49,204 nucleotides of DNA from Pseudomonadota bacterium. Its GTDB lineage: Bacteria > Bdellovibrionota_G > JALEGL01 > DATDPG01. This document shows, piece after piece, positions 39,069 through 48,945 of the stretch. Location: contig JAZDIZ010000091.1 in the NCBI GenBank assembly GCA_043804515.1, positions 1 to 49,204 on the forward strand, read 5' to 3'. The notes under the pieces are model-generated. The model searched no databases, was not told the DNA's origin, and worked only from the letters and a program-made list of their open reading frames with translations. Position 1 is the first letter of the stretch. Each line of letters opens with the position of its first letter. The position numbers were made by a program, and so were the translations under genes.

Positions 39069-39497
39069 TCATTGCAGCGCGTAGCGGGGCGCGTGGCACT
39101 CGAGTGTGGCGGGTTTCGCAGTTATTTGTTTGGCGTTCTCACTGTTCCCATGCAGTAGGGCGATGGGCAGGAGGTTCACATAATAACAAGTGGTAGCGTC
39201 TGCGCCTTGCAGATGGAGCGCATAATCGAATCCGGGAGGGGCATAAACCCACGTATTGCCGCCATGAGGGACAGCATGCCCACGATCGACTTCTCTCGGA
39301 AGATGGACGACGATCGCTGCAGGGCACCGATCATTGGCCGAAGCGGCCGTCGGTTCAAAAGCGACCGACTTCCATACGATTCCGGTGTACTGGTATTCCG
39401 TCAAGTAACAGTAAGCCGCATGTTGTTGGTCCGCCGAAACCGAGGAAAAGCCAAACAGCGCTAAAACGACCATCACTCGAAATAGTAGATTCCTCAT
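39069..39497 (-). CDS. Small secreted four-Cys protein (likely paralogue of 32663-33178)
   Basis: Signal peptide; AYCY, CPAAIVVHL, TCYY, LEC; AAGGAG RBS. Confidence 0.7.
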   Translation of the reverse strand: MRNLLFRVMVVLALFGFSSVSADQQHAAYCYLTEYQYTGIVWKSVAFEPTAASANDRCPAAIVVHLPREVDRGHAVPHGGNTWVYAPPGFDYALHLQGADATTCYYVNLLPIALLHGNSENAKQITAKPATLECHAPRYALQ

Positions 39498-39747
39498 GGA
39501 AGTTCTCCTTGGGGTGAAATCAGAACCTTCTTCCCTGTGCCTATCGCATAAATGATACGGCGCGTCAAGGCGCGGTCTGTGACGGAATTTGAGGGCGGAG
39601 GCGTGCTCTCTTTCTTTAATTTCAGCTGGTTGCGTGCTGTTTCTCGGTAAATTGCGCTCTTCATTTCATAGCGAGATAGACGTTCCGAGAGCGGCTGCTT
39701 TTCGCACCAACGAGCCTTCCTGTTCTGGCGAGCTCTTGCGGCTTTCG

Positions 39748-39836
39748 AGCGGGGCGGGGGGCTGCCGGAGCGGAAGTAAAGCGCAGGGTCGCCTTGCGAC
39801 CCGAGCCATGGAGCGGAGGCAGCCACCTGGCCCGCT
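39748..39836 (+). repeat. Structured intergenic repeat family A
   Basis: GCCGGAGCGGAAGTAAAGCGCA-GGGTCGC-ctt-GCGACCC-GAGCCATGGAGCGGAGGCA. Confidence 0.75.
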
Positions 39837-39861
39837 TGATTCCTTGCTGCGGATTTACTGG

Positions 39862-40266
39862 TTAGCGCGAAGCCTCAACGAAGCGCAGACGCAGTTCGTA
39901 GAGCACTTCTTCGAACAGCCCCTCTTCCTGCTTCGTCAAATTGTTGCGTGTCTTCTTCTGAAGCATTTCCAGGATATCGATTTCCTGTTTCGCGAGGGGC
40001 AGGTTCTTCGGAACGTCCGGGCCCTCGGGGTCCTTGATAAGCCCCATGTGCAAGAGCGCCGACGTGGAAAGCGAGAGGATGAAGCTTGAAAAATCCACGG
40101 CCTCGTGGTCCGCAGGCGCTTCGCGCACCGGGGGAGGCGACGGGGGTTTCCGCTCCGGTGTGGCTTCCTTCTTTGGCTCCGCTTTCGGCGGCTCCTCCTT
40201 CGGCTGGCCCCGCCGGTCCGTAACGCGAAATGAATCCGGATTTTCCCTGTCCTCGGCCATGTTCAC
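39862..40266 (-). CDS. DUF1844 domain protein
   Basis: FSSFILSL..ALLHMG, AKQEIDILEML.KKTRNNLT..E...LYELRLRFV. Confidence 0.85.
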   Translation of the reverse strand: MNMAEDRENPDSFRVTDRRGQPKEEPPKAEPKKEATPERKPPSPPPVREAPADHEAVDFSSFILSLSTSALLHMGLIKDPEGPDVPKNLPLAKQEIDILEMLQKKTRNNLTKQEEGLFEEVLYELRLRFVEASR

Positions 40267-42101
40267 TTCTTTCCTTTGGTTTCGACCGCCAGGAACTTCT
40301 CGACGTTCTCCAGTCCCTGCTTGGAAACCAGTCCCTGGACCTTTCGCTCTTTACACCATCCACGCACCTTCTGTCCCTCGGCTCCCGGCCCGAACCTCCA
40401 CGACAGGGATTTTCCGGCCTTGGAGGCCACGCTCAACTCAAGCGTAGGCGCGCCAGCCGGCGACGCCGTAGCCGCCGAGAAGCTGTCCAGGCGGAGATCC
40501 GAAATTTCGCGCGCGAAGGCTTCCGTGGTTTCCCGTTTCGAGAGCTTCGCCCGGATCGCCGCGTCCGCCCCTTCCAGGGCTTCCAGCTTCCACGCGCCCT
40601 TTTCGTCCCGTTCCAGGCGGACTTCAAGCTTGGCTTTCTTCAGCGAGAACGCCTTGAGGTCCGCTCCCGAAAACGGAACCACGCGCCGTTCCCGGAGCAT
40701 CTCCGGTTTCGACAGGATCTCGTTGACGTCGCTCTCCGCGAACCGGAACGTCACCTTCGGCTCGGAGCGGACGCCGTACATCTGTTTCTGCATCTCGTAA
40801 ATCTTCACTTCCCTTTGCGAGCCTGCGGCCGAAATTTTGAACACGGCCAGGGGGTTCCCCGCCGGCTTCACTTTTCCCTCCGGGATGTATTCCTGTCCCC
40901 TGAGCGAAACCAGCTTCGACAAAAGCCCCTCCGTCTCGGAGGTGTCCGCGTCGTCCGCCACGGGTTGTTTCATGACCCAACGGTTCTCGCTCTTCTCGAC
41001 CTGGGTCGTCGCGCCTTTTGTCGTGACCCAGACGTGATCGATCTTGTTTTCATCCAAAGCCAACGGGTGCTTGTCGATCAGATCCGCCAACGACCTCCGG
41101 TACGTGTTCTTCGCGCTGGAGGTGACGGCGTAGATCTGCGGAAAATCGGTTCTTCGGACGTAGAGGTCCTTGTCTTTCTCCGATTTCTGTCCCACCAGCA
41201 GCACATGATCCACAAAGCCCTTCGGCCCCTCCATACCGATCCGGATTCGCGCGAAAGGATGGTCCAGGCCGAATTTCTTGGCGTCCCGCTCCCCGTTCTC
41301 GCTCACGAAGTCCGTCGCGCGGACGGCCCGCATTTCGTTCAGAAACGAGTCCATTGTTCTCTCGTCCGCATCCAGGGGTGTCCCACCCAGGATCTTCCAA
41401 CCGGAAGCCTCGCGTCGGAGCGAAAATCCGCTTCTCTTCCCTTTCTCCAGGTACTCAGCCTGTAGGCTTTTCACCTTCTTCACGTCCTTGGCGCCCCAGA
41501 TCTCTTTCCGGCGCCAGTCGTTCGGGTTGCGCGTCATTAGGTAATCCAGCGTCATGGGCGTCAGAACGATCTTGGGACCCTGCGACGTCTTAAGATAGAG
41601 CCCGGTATGAGCGGAATTCTGATCTCCTACGTGGATGCCCAGCCGCGCTTCCGGTTTTCCGGGGGCGTAGAGCTCGATTTGAAGGCGCGGGGACTTGAGA
41701 CCGTACTCCTCCGGCCTGGATCCCTTCTCATCGATGACCTTGGTCTCCTCCAGTCCCTTGATGTTGTCGAGGAGCGTGCGCATCGTGTACTCGTCCGGCA
41801 AACTCCTCACGGGTTCCGTGATCGCCCAATCCGGCAGCGAATCATCCTCGGCCGAAAGAGGCGCCCATTCGTCCGTGAAGGTTCCACCACCCGCCTTCGG
41901 TCGCTTTGCGAACACGACCGTTCCCGCGTTGTTCTTCACGACGATCTTGGCCATCAAGCCTGGATCGAAATCCAGCAGCTTTTTTTCCTGATCCGTTTTT
42001 TGGCTCGCCTCGTAAGAGCTTTTCCGTTGCCAGGAAACGTAAAGCACCAGCGCCACGAGGAGCGCCAGGCCGATCAGGTTCCGGATCCATTCGCGTTTCA
42101 T
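40263..42101 (-). CDS. DUF4340 domain protein
   Basis: N-terminal TM; repeated W..P..AD and YGL..P modules; follows a GldG-like gene. Confidence 0.85.
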   Translation of the reverse strand: MKREWIRNLIGLALLVALVLYVSWQRKSSYEASQKTDQEKKLLDFDPGLMAKIVVKNNAGTVVFAKRPKAGGGTFTDEWAPLSAEDDSLPDWAITEPVRSLPDEYTMRTLLDNIKGLEETKVIDEKGSRPEEYGLKSPRLQIELYAPGKPEARLGIHVGDQNSAHTGLYLKTSQGPKIVLTPMTLDYLMTRNPNDWRRKEIWGAKDVKKVKSLQAEYLEKGKRSGFSLRREASGWKILGGTPLDADERTMDSFLNEMRAVRATDFVSENGERDAKKFGLDHPFARIRIGMEGPKGFVDHVLLVGQKSEKDKDLYVRRTDFPQIYAVTSSAKNTYRRSLADLIDKHPLALDENKIDHVWVTTKGATTQVEKSENRWVMKQPVADDADTSETEGLLSKLVSLRGQEYIPEGKVKPAGNPLAVFKISAAGSQREVKIYEMQKQMYGVRSEPKVTFRFAESDVNEILSKPEMLRERRVVPFSGADLKAFSLKKAKLEVRLERDEKGAWKLEALEGADAAIRAKLSKRETTEAFAREISDLRLDSFSAATASPAGAPTLELSVASKAGKSLSWRFGPGAEGQKVRGWCKERKVQGLVSKQGLENVEKFLAVETKGKK

Positions 42102-42102
42102 G

Positions 42103-43998
42103 TCAACCTCGGCGCCGGCGCCACCACCAGAGGTCCATGCCGAAAATCAGGACCAACATCGGGAGGCAGATGATCGCGACGTAGAAGAGGACGTTCGACT
42201 GCTGCGGCGTCAGCTCGATGGCCGAGGAGCGGAGCTTCTTGGGGCGGATGGAGATTCTTTCGACCTCCCCTTGCAGCCAATTCAAAGAATTGAGGAACAG
42301 GTCGAAGTTGAATTCGTACGAACGCACCGTGCCGTTGGATACGAACGAGGCGTTCCCGATGACCACCAGGCGCGTGGGCGCGGGCGCGGCGCCCTCCGCC
42401 GTCTTCGGCCGTTCCTTCTCGACGGCCAGGGCGAAGGGTACGGGGCCCTTGAGGTCCGCCGCGCCCTCTTTCGCGCTCTTCCGCCGCACCAAGGAATCGA
42501 TATCCGTCTCGGCCCAGCTCTTCCCGTCTCCCGCGCTCGAGATAAGCTCCACTTCCGTGCCCGTAAAGCCCTTCACTTTGCGCACGGAGCGGACGGGTTG
42601 GAAGACCGTGTTCTTCCCCTTGAGGGGGTCCACGACCGGATGGTTTCCGTAGTCCTGCCCGAGCACCATGGGGCCCGTCTGCACGCCGGCGAAGAGTTGG
42701 ACGTGTTTTTCCAGGATGAAATCGCGCCCGAGTTCGACTCCCCACTTCTTGAGGACGTCTTCCAGCCCCGTGGGCACTATCGTGAATGTTTTGGGATTCA
42801 GCGCGGGGTTCTGAATCTTCGGATCCAGAAGCGCCAACACGTTTCCGCCGTTCCCCGGGTACCGGTCCAAGGCGTCCGCCTCCCCTTTGGTGAAGGCTGC
42901 CGCGGGCCCCGCCACAACCACGGCCGAACAATCGGCCGGAACGTCCGGAAGAATAGAGGCGACCGCTTTCGGCTGATATCCCTCGTTCGTCAGCCCAGCC
43001 CGCGCCGCGGAAAGGCTGTCGGCTTCTTCATCCGGCGCGTCCAGATCCAGCTCCCCGTGTCCTTTCGTAAAGCAAACGGTCGTGCGCTTGGTATGCGTTA
43101 CTTTATCGATCGCTTGCGTGACCCCCTCCTCGTTCAGTTGCTGCGTCACGTTCGTCTGCCCCCGGTAATCCACCAGCAGATCCCCGTCCTTCACCTTGTG
43201 CTGGGTCGCAAACTCCTTCTCCCTGTCGGGGTCCGCGAAACGGACCTCCACGTTTTTCGACTCGTTCCGATACGCCCCCAGGAGGTCCTTCACGCCCGGT
43301 TTCGCCTCGTTCCGGCTGTCCAGGAAGACGGTGATTTTCAGCGGCTCCTTGAGGGATTTGAGGATTTTCACGGTCTGGTCGGTCAGCTGATTTACTTTTT
43401 CCTCCGTCAGATCCCATTGGTAATGCCGGTCCGTGGAGAGAACGTTCAGCACCACGAGAATCGCCAGCGTGATGAGCGTATAGACGGCGGCGCTGGAGCC
43501 GTATTGCAGGGACCGGCTCCGGATAAGGTCGGCCAGGAGGGCCCGCGCGACATACAGAAAGGCGCCGTTGTAGACGAACGCCGCGGCGAGGACTCCCCAG
43601 TTGTACCAAGCCTTTTCATGAAATCCCGCCAAGGTGATCGTCCACGCGAGGACGATCACCAAGATCGCGATCAGCGCGTCGGTGCGGATTCTGCGGAAGA
43701 GGAACCAGAAGAGACCCAACATGCAGAGCCCCCCCACCACCGCCAATTTCCAAAGGAGCCAGTCTCTTCCCAAGGCCAGGAAGATCCAGGGGAGGTTGAG
43801 GGCCACGAGCGACCCCACGGCCGCCTGCCACTTCCTTGGAAGCGACGTCAAGACGAACACCAGGCACAACGCTCCGCCGCCTCCCAAAAGCGTCCAGAAA
43901 AACCACGTGGAGACTTGTGTCACGGCGAACGAGAGCAGCCCGTACAGGGCCAGTATGACGCCGGTAATTCCCATGCATTGAAAAAGCAGATTCATCAC
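42103..43998 (-). CDS. GldG-like ABC transporter auxiliary component with extra N-terminal TM helices
   Basis: WDLTEEK..LTDQT, FTKGHGE, LFLNSLNWL, ISIRPK, WWWRRR. Confidence 0.88.
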   Translation of the reverse strand: MMNLLFQCMGITGVILALYGLLSFAVTQVSTWFFWTLLGGGGALCLVFVLTSLPRKWQAAVGSLVALNLPWIFLALGRDWLLWKLAVVGGLCMLGLFWFLFRRIRTDALIAILVIVLAWTITLAGFHEKAWYNWGVLAAAFVYNGAFLYVARALLADLIRSRSLQYGSSAAVYTLITLAILVVLNVLSTDRHYQWDLTEEKVNQLTDQTVKILKSLKEPLKITVFLDSRNEAKPGVKDLLGAYRNESKNVEVRFADPDREKEFATQHKVKDGDLLVDYRGQTNVTQQLNEEGVTQAIDKVTHTKRTTVCFTKGHGELDLDAPDEEADSLSAARAGLTNEGYQPKAVASILPDVPADCSAVVVAGPAAAFTKGEADALDRYPGNGGNVLALLDPKIQNPALNPKTFTIVPTGLEDVLKKWGVELGRDFILEKHVQLFAGVQTGPMVLGQDYGNHPVVDPLKGKNTVFQPVRSVRKVKGFTGTEVELISSAGDGKSWAETDIDSLVRRKSAKEGAADLKGPVPFALAVEKERPKTAEGAAPAPTRLVVIGNASFVSNGTVRSYEFNFDLFLNSLNWLQGEVERISIRPKKLRSSAIELTPQQSNVLFYVAIICLPMLVLIFGMDLWWWRRRRG

Positions 43999-44784
43999 TT
44001 ACCTCCAGCGGATCGATTCCAACGAACATTTCGTCAAGAACAGGAAGAGCAGCACGATGCTCCCGAAGTACACGACGTCCCTCGTGTCGATGATACCCCG
44101 GAGCAGGTTCCGGATGTGGTCCGCCACCGAGAGGTACTGCACGATCTTGAAAAGGATGTTCCCTTCCCTCTCCCCGACGAAGTTGATGATGAACATCGCC
44201 AAGAGGATCACGAAGCACACCACGGCCGCGATGATCTGGTTCTCCGTGAGCGATGACGCGAATAAGCCCACGGCCACGCCCGCCGCCGCGAACAAGACGA
44301 CCCCCAGATAGCCGGTCAGCACCGGCCCCCATTCGGGCGACGCGAACTTGAACAGGAGGCCCTGGTACACCAGCGTTGGAGCGATGAGGACCAGCACGAA
44401 CAGCATTGAGCCGATGAACTTCCCGGCGATCAATTCGTTCACCGTGATCGGCGACGTCATGAGAAGCTCATCGGTTCTCTGGCGTTTCTCCTCGGCCAGC
44501 GTCCTCATCATGATGAGGGGCAGAACGAACAGAAACACGAAGATCATGTTGAAGAGCGCCGGCGCGATCACCATTTCGTTCAGGTTGAAGCGCGAGAGCA
44601 TCTCCGGGTTCTGGTAGAACCGCATCATGTTCTTGAAGTACTTGTACTGCTCCGAGAAACGCACGATCCCCGCATAGAAGAAGTAACCCGAGAGGGTCAG
44701 GAAGATCATCATCACGACGTACGCGATCGGCGAGACGAAGTAGTGTTTGAGTTCCTTTTGAACGATGGCCCAGGTGTTTCCCAT
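43999..44784 (-). CDS. ABC-2 permease (GldF-like)
   Basis: KELKHYFVSPIAY, EEKRQRTDELLMTSP, SSLTENQIIA. Confidence 0.9.
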   Translation of the reverse strand: MGNTWAIVQKELKHYFVSPIAYVVMMIFLTLSGYFFYAGIVRFSEQYKYFKNMMRFYQNPEMLSRFNLNEMVIAPALFNMIFVFLFVLPLIMMRTLAEEKRQRTDELLMTSPITVNELIAGKFIGSMLFVLVLIAPTLVYQGLLFKFASPEWGPVLTGYLGVVLFAAAGVAVGLFASSLTENQIIAAVVCFVILLAMFIINFVGEREGNILFKIVQYLSVADHIRNLLRGIIDTRDVVYFGSIVLLFLFLTKCSLESIRWR

Positions 44785-44794
44785 GGCGGCCTCC

Positions 44795-45553
44795 TTACCG
44801 GCCCGCGGCCCCGGCCGCGGCTTCAGATTTTGCGTCCCGGATGTCCTCTTCCTTCGAGATCAGGTCGATAAAGACCTCTTCCAGCGTCCGCTCTCTCGTG
44901 AGGTCGGCCACCTTTCCATCCAGAACGATCCGCCCGCGGTTGATGATGATCGCCCGGGTACAGATCATCGTGACCTCGGGAAGGATGTGCGTGGAGAGGA
45001 TGATCGTATGATCCTTGGAAAGTTCCTTGATGAGTTCCCGGATTTCCCGGATCTGGCGCGGGTCGAGGCCGATCGTGGGCTCGTCCAGGATCAAGACGTC
45101 CGGCTTGTGGATGATCGCTTGCGCCAAGCCCACGCGCTGCCGGAATCCTTTTGAAAGGTTCCCGATGAGGCGCGTGCGCGCCTCGGCAAGGCCGCAGCGG
45201 GCGAGAACCCAGTCGATCCTCTCGTCCCGGTCCTTTTTCGCGACGCCTTTGATCTTGGTGACGAACTTGAGGTACGAAAGCACGCTCAAGTCGTGGTAGA
45301 GCGGAGGCGTTTCCGGCAGGTATCCGATGCGCCGCTTCACATCCAGGGCTTGCTCCTGAACGTCCAACCCGGCGACCCAGGCGGTACCCGACGTCGGCGG
45401 TAGAAAGCCCGTGAGGATCCTCATCGTTGTGGTCTTGCCTGCCCCGTTGGGCCCCAGAAACCCTACGATCTCCCCGCGGTTCACCTTGAACGAGACGCCG
45501 TCCACGGCGCGAATATCCCCGTATACCTTCGTGAGCTCTCTCGCTTCAATCAT
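44795..45553 (-). CDS. ABC transporter ATP-binding protein (GldA-like)
   Basis: GPNGAGKTT, LSKGFRQRVG, LDEPT, STH. Confidence 0.93.
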   Translation of the reverse strand: MIEARELTKVYGDIRAVDGVSFKVNRGEIVGFLGPNGAGKTTTMRILTGFLPPTSGTAWVAGLDVQEQALDVKRRIGYLPETPPLYHDLSVLSYLKFVTKIKGVAKKDRDERIDWVLARCGLAEARTRLIGNLSKGFRQRVGLAQAIIHKPDVLILDEPTIGLDPRQIREIRELIKELSKDHTIILSTHILPEVTMICTRAIIINRGRIVLDGKVADLTRERTLEEVFIDLISKEEDIRDAKSEAAAGAAGR

Positions 45554-45663
45554 CCTTCACCTCTGGCCGATTACGGAAAACCCAAACAAGGGTAAGAAGA
45601 TGCGAAGGGATTGCCCCTCTGTCAAGTGTATAGATTGACGCGTATAATTGTTTGTTCATTTTG

Positions 45664-47631
45664 ATGCCACGGACAAAGTCATCGGCCGAACCTACGGCCA
45701 CGCTCAGCATAAGCGCTTTTCCGACCGTACCCTTAAGCGAACTGAAGCGGCTCCGTCTCTTCCGGGGCGTTTCGATACCGGCCCTCGCGCTCCTGGAGGG
45801 GAAGGTCCGCCAGGTTTTCGTCCCCGGCGGCGAAACGATCATGGAGCTCGTTCAGAGCGACCTGGTGTTCCGTTATTTCTTCTTCATCGTGCGGGGACAG
45901 GTGAAGGCGCTCGGACTGGACGAAGACGCCCGCCTTCGCCCGCTGAATTTCCTCCGAAAAGGCGATTTTTTCGTCGACAAATCCTTCCATTGGCGTTCGC
46001 AGGTCGCCACAAAGATGGTGGCCCTGACCGACGTGGAGCTCATGGTCCTCCCGAAGGACGAACTCAAACACGTGGCCCGCGTCCACCCTCCCCTGCAGGA
46101 AAGGCTCCGGGTTCTCAGCGAAAAGATCGACTACCGCAACCGCATCTACAGCGAGGACAAGTACGCCCGTTCCGTCCTGGAATTCCTCATCGAAAAGGAG
46201 CTGACGCAGGCCTCGCGCGTCAAGATCACGCAACTCGACAAGTGCATCGAGTGCAACACGTGTTACATCTCCTGTGAAACCCGATTCGGGTTCCAGCGCC
46301 TGGAGCGCGGCTATGCGCGGTTCGGCATCCTGGATTTTTCCAAGAGCTGCCTCACTTGTTTCTACCCCGCCTGCATCCCCGCATGCCCTGTGGGGGCCAT
46401 TCTCTTCAACGTCCGGAAAGGCGAGGTGGAGATCCTGGACACCTGCATCGGCTGCGCGGCTTGCGCCCGGGCGTGCCAGTACGACGCCATACGGATGTTC
46501 AAAGTCGTTCCGGGGGATTCCCGTTTCGCCCGCTTTTTGGCGCCGGGAAAGAAGATCAAGCCCAAGTTTATCGCCGACAAGTGCGAACACTGCGACGGGT
46601 ACGCGGAGATGGCGTGCGTCACCAATTGCCCGACCGGCGCGATCATTGAGGTGGAGGCGGGGGATCTTCTCGAGAACCCGCGGATCTTCGGAACCGGCGA
46701 AGGAGTCCGCAAGCCCCTTCCCAGCCTCACGAAGCGGCCGAGATTCGAAAGGCTGTTGCAGGGGTTCTACGCCGTTTTCGGTCTTCTTCTGGCGACGTGG
46801 CTTACGATGGAAGTCTATGCTCTAAACCGCGCTCCTTCGCTCTCCCTTCTGCTTTCGCTTCAAACCAAGGGGTTCATTCCGGCCCGCTTCCAGCTCACAT
46901 TTTCCCGCGGAAGCGATTTTTGTTTTCTCCTGGGGAACGTAGGCTTCACGCTTCTGTTTCTCGGGATGGCGTATCCCCTGCGCAAGGGAATCCCGCGCCT
47001 TTTCAAACACCTCGGGAAACAACCGGCCTGGCTGGATCTTCACAATTTCTGCGGGGCGCTCGCCACGACCTTCATCGTGTACCACACCGGATTTTACTTC
47101 CCGCTTCAGCCGAGCACTTTCGCTCTCTTCGGCCTTTTGCTTGTGGCGGTCAGCGGCGTTTTCGGCCGGTTCCTCTATCAGATGATCCCGCGCGGCGTGG
47201 CGGGCACCGAGCTCAAGATGCGGGATATCGAGGAGGAGGACGCCGCGATCACCGCCAAACTGGACGCGCTCTTCGAGGGATCCACGCAACACCGGCAAGC
47301 AATCAATCGGATCGTGGCTTCGCTCACGGCCGAAGCGGCCGCTCATCCCACCGTGCGTTCCATGATCCGTTCCGTTTTCCGAACGTGGACCCGCCTTCTC
47401 ACGTTCCGTTTGCGCCTGCCGATGGAACTCCGCGTAAAGCAAAGCCAAACCGGGCCGCTCCTCGAACTCCTGCACGACAAGATCCGCCTCAAGCGAAACG
47501 TGGCTTTCTTGGGCCTTTCCTCTCGCCTCTTCAGAGCCTGGCGCTATGTCCACCGGCCCGTGGCTTACGCCACGGTCTCGATTGCGCTGGGTCACGCGAT
47601 CTACAATCTGATCTTCTTTTCGCGGCACTAG
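45664..47631 (+). CDS. cNMP-binding-fold + 4x[4Fe-4S] ferredoxin + His-containing membrane domain fusion
   Basis: FFIVRGQVK...GDFF; 16 Cys in four groups; TM His motifs WLDLH, YHTG, YVHRP, GHAI; TATAAT upstream. Confidence 0.85.
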   Translation: MPRTKSSAEPTATLSISAFPTVPLSELKRLRLFRGVSIPALALLEGKVRQVFVPGGETIMELVQSDLVFRYFFFIVRGQVKALGLDEDARLRPLNFLRKGDFFVDKSFHWRSQVATKMVALTDVELMVLPKDELKHVARVHPPLQERLRVLSEKIDYRNRIYSEDKYARSVLEFLIEKELTQASRVKITQLDKCIECNTCYISCETRFGFQRLERGYARFGILDFSKSCLTCFYPACIPACPVGAILFNVRKGEVEILDTCIGCAACARACQYDAIRMFKVVPGDSRFARFLAPGKKIKPKFIADKCEHCDGYAEMACVTNCPTGAIIEVEAGDLLENPRIFGTGEGVRKPLPSLTKRPRFERLLQGFYAVFGLLLATWLTMEVYALNRAPSLSLLLSLQTKGFIPARFQLTFSRGSDFCFLLGNVGFTLLFLGMAYPLRKGIPRLFKHLGKQPAWLDLHNFCGALATTFIVYHTGFYFPLQPSTFALFGLLLVAVSGVFGRFLYQMIPRGVAGTELKMRDIEEEDAAITAKLDALFEGSTQHRQAINRIVASLTAEAAAHPTVRSMIRSVFRTWTRLLTFRLRLPMELRVKQSQTGPLLELLHDKIRLKRNVAFLGLSSRLFRAWRYVHRPVAYATVSIALGHAIYNLIFFSRH

Positions 47632-47730
47632 GTCCCGGCATCGGGCAGCTATCCCAGTGAAACCGGGATCAGGGGAAGCAAAAATTAGGTTGTTTAAGGG
47701 GGGAAGACGAGGCCTGCAACTCGGCCAGCG

Positions 47731-48684
47731 TCACGGTTGACTCGAAAGCAATTCGGCCTCGGACTGAAACATCTTTCCTGCAAGATACTGGTTGTGCATC
47801 CGGCATAAGTGCCTGATGTTCTCTTCATTAGATGAGCCACCCGACCAGTACGGATCAATATGGTCGAACTCAAGAAGGTAGCGGCTTTCGCATCGGCGTC
47901 CGCTCTGCGGATCGACGTATTCACACCGTCCTCTGGATCGATCCCGGACCATGCGTTTGGCCTCAGCTGCAATATACCGAGTAGGAGGCGTGGAGTCGGT
48001 CGAAGAGCCGGGTTGAGCCTTCAACCTTACCGGTAAGGTTAAGGTCCTCTTCTTGTCTTTCCGGCTCGGATCCTTTTGGCTCAGATAGAAGTCGAGACAC
48101 ACCGAAAAGAGTTCGGAAACGCTGCCTCGGCCTTTAAGGCCCCAGAACCTCTCCATGGCCTGTCGGGTCTCCTCGGTGATCGGAAACCGCACTTCACTGA
48201 TCTCCGCCGTGATGGACCGGACCGTTTCAGAAGTAAGGGATTTTTCGGGAGATTCTTTCAAAAGGACCTTCTCGGTCTCCCGTTTGCTCAAGCCCTCAAT
48301 CCGGTTGACCAGAGATTCCACCTTCTCTGCGGGAACGGGTTTCGCGTAAGACCGCTCCTTTGCCCGTAGATGTCTTTCCGCCATAGCCGCTTGGGTCAAA
48401 GTGAGCTTTCCTCTCTCCAAGGCCGTTTTCGCCTCATCGCTTCGAAACATGAGCCGCATAGCTGAAATCCGCTCGTAAGCCTGGTTTTCGCTGTAGCCCA
48501 AGGCTCCTTGGACGTAATCCCACAAGGACCCGTAGCCTTTTTCAGCAAAGAGCTTTCTTCGTTCGACCTCATGAAGGTGGTTAAGAAGCTCCAACGTCGT
48601 TTGTTGCTCCTTCTTGACCAGTTCGATCGTCTGCTGGTGAAGCTCGGAATTCGTAAGCGATTCAAGATTCGCGGAAATGGGCAT
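47731..48684 (-). CDS. HNH endonuclease with helical N-terminal domain (Bdellovibrio-type, DUF222-like)
   Basis: RCEY..RC..LEFDHI.P...GG....N...LCRMHN; N-terminal GYGSLWDY..LGYSE; more AT-rich. Confidence 0.9.
   Translation of the reverse strand: MPISANLESLTNSELHQQTIELVKKEQQTTLELLNHLHEVERRKLFAEKGYGSLWDYVQGALGYSENQAYERISAMRLMFRSDEAKTALERGKLTLTQAAMAERHLRAKERSYAKPVPAEKVESLVNRIEGLSKRETEKVLLKESPEKSLTSETVRSITAEISEVRFPITEETRQAMERFWGLKGRGSVSELFSVCLDFYLSQKDPSRKDKKRTLTLPVRLKAQPGSSTDSTPPTRYIAAEAKRMVRDRSRGRCEYVDPQSGRRCESRYLLEFDHIDPYWSGGSSNEENIRHLCRMHNQYLAGKMFQSEAELLSSQP
48023..48040. repeat. 18-bp perfect palindrome inside the HNH gene
   Basis: AACCTTACCGGTAAGGTT. Confidence 0.9.
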
Positions 48685-48945
48685 GGCGTTCTCCCTTTTT
48701 AGGAGATCCTAACACCTGTTTTCTGACGCGTTCCTTGCCTCTTAGAACTGTGATTACGGTACGAAATTATGGTTTCGTGAAAGAAGCGATTACGCGTCAC
48801 CAGCGGAAAATAGGCGCGGCATAAGGGCTTTGTAGAGATTGAGGCTTTGGTTCCAAAAAATCCGGGCTCGGGTCAGTCAAGAAAAAAAGATAGAAAAAAT
48901 CACTCTCGTTCATTATTTTTCCACAAAGTTCCGCGATTTTTTCAA

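Noticed and set aside
42100..44256. 718-aa plus-strand ORF (similarly 21646-23283 and 25010-26236)
   Set aside because: Antisense shadows of well-supported genes.
47731..48684. IscB/Cas9-like RNA-guided nuclease
   Set aside because: No RuvC or PLMP motifs visible; only HNH plus a helical N-domain.
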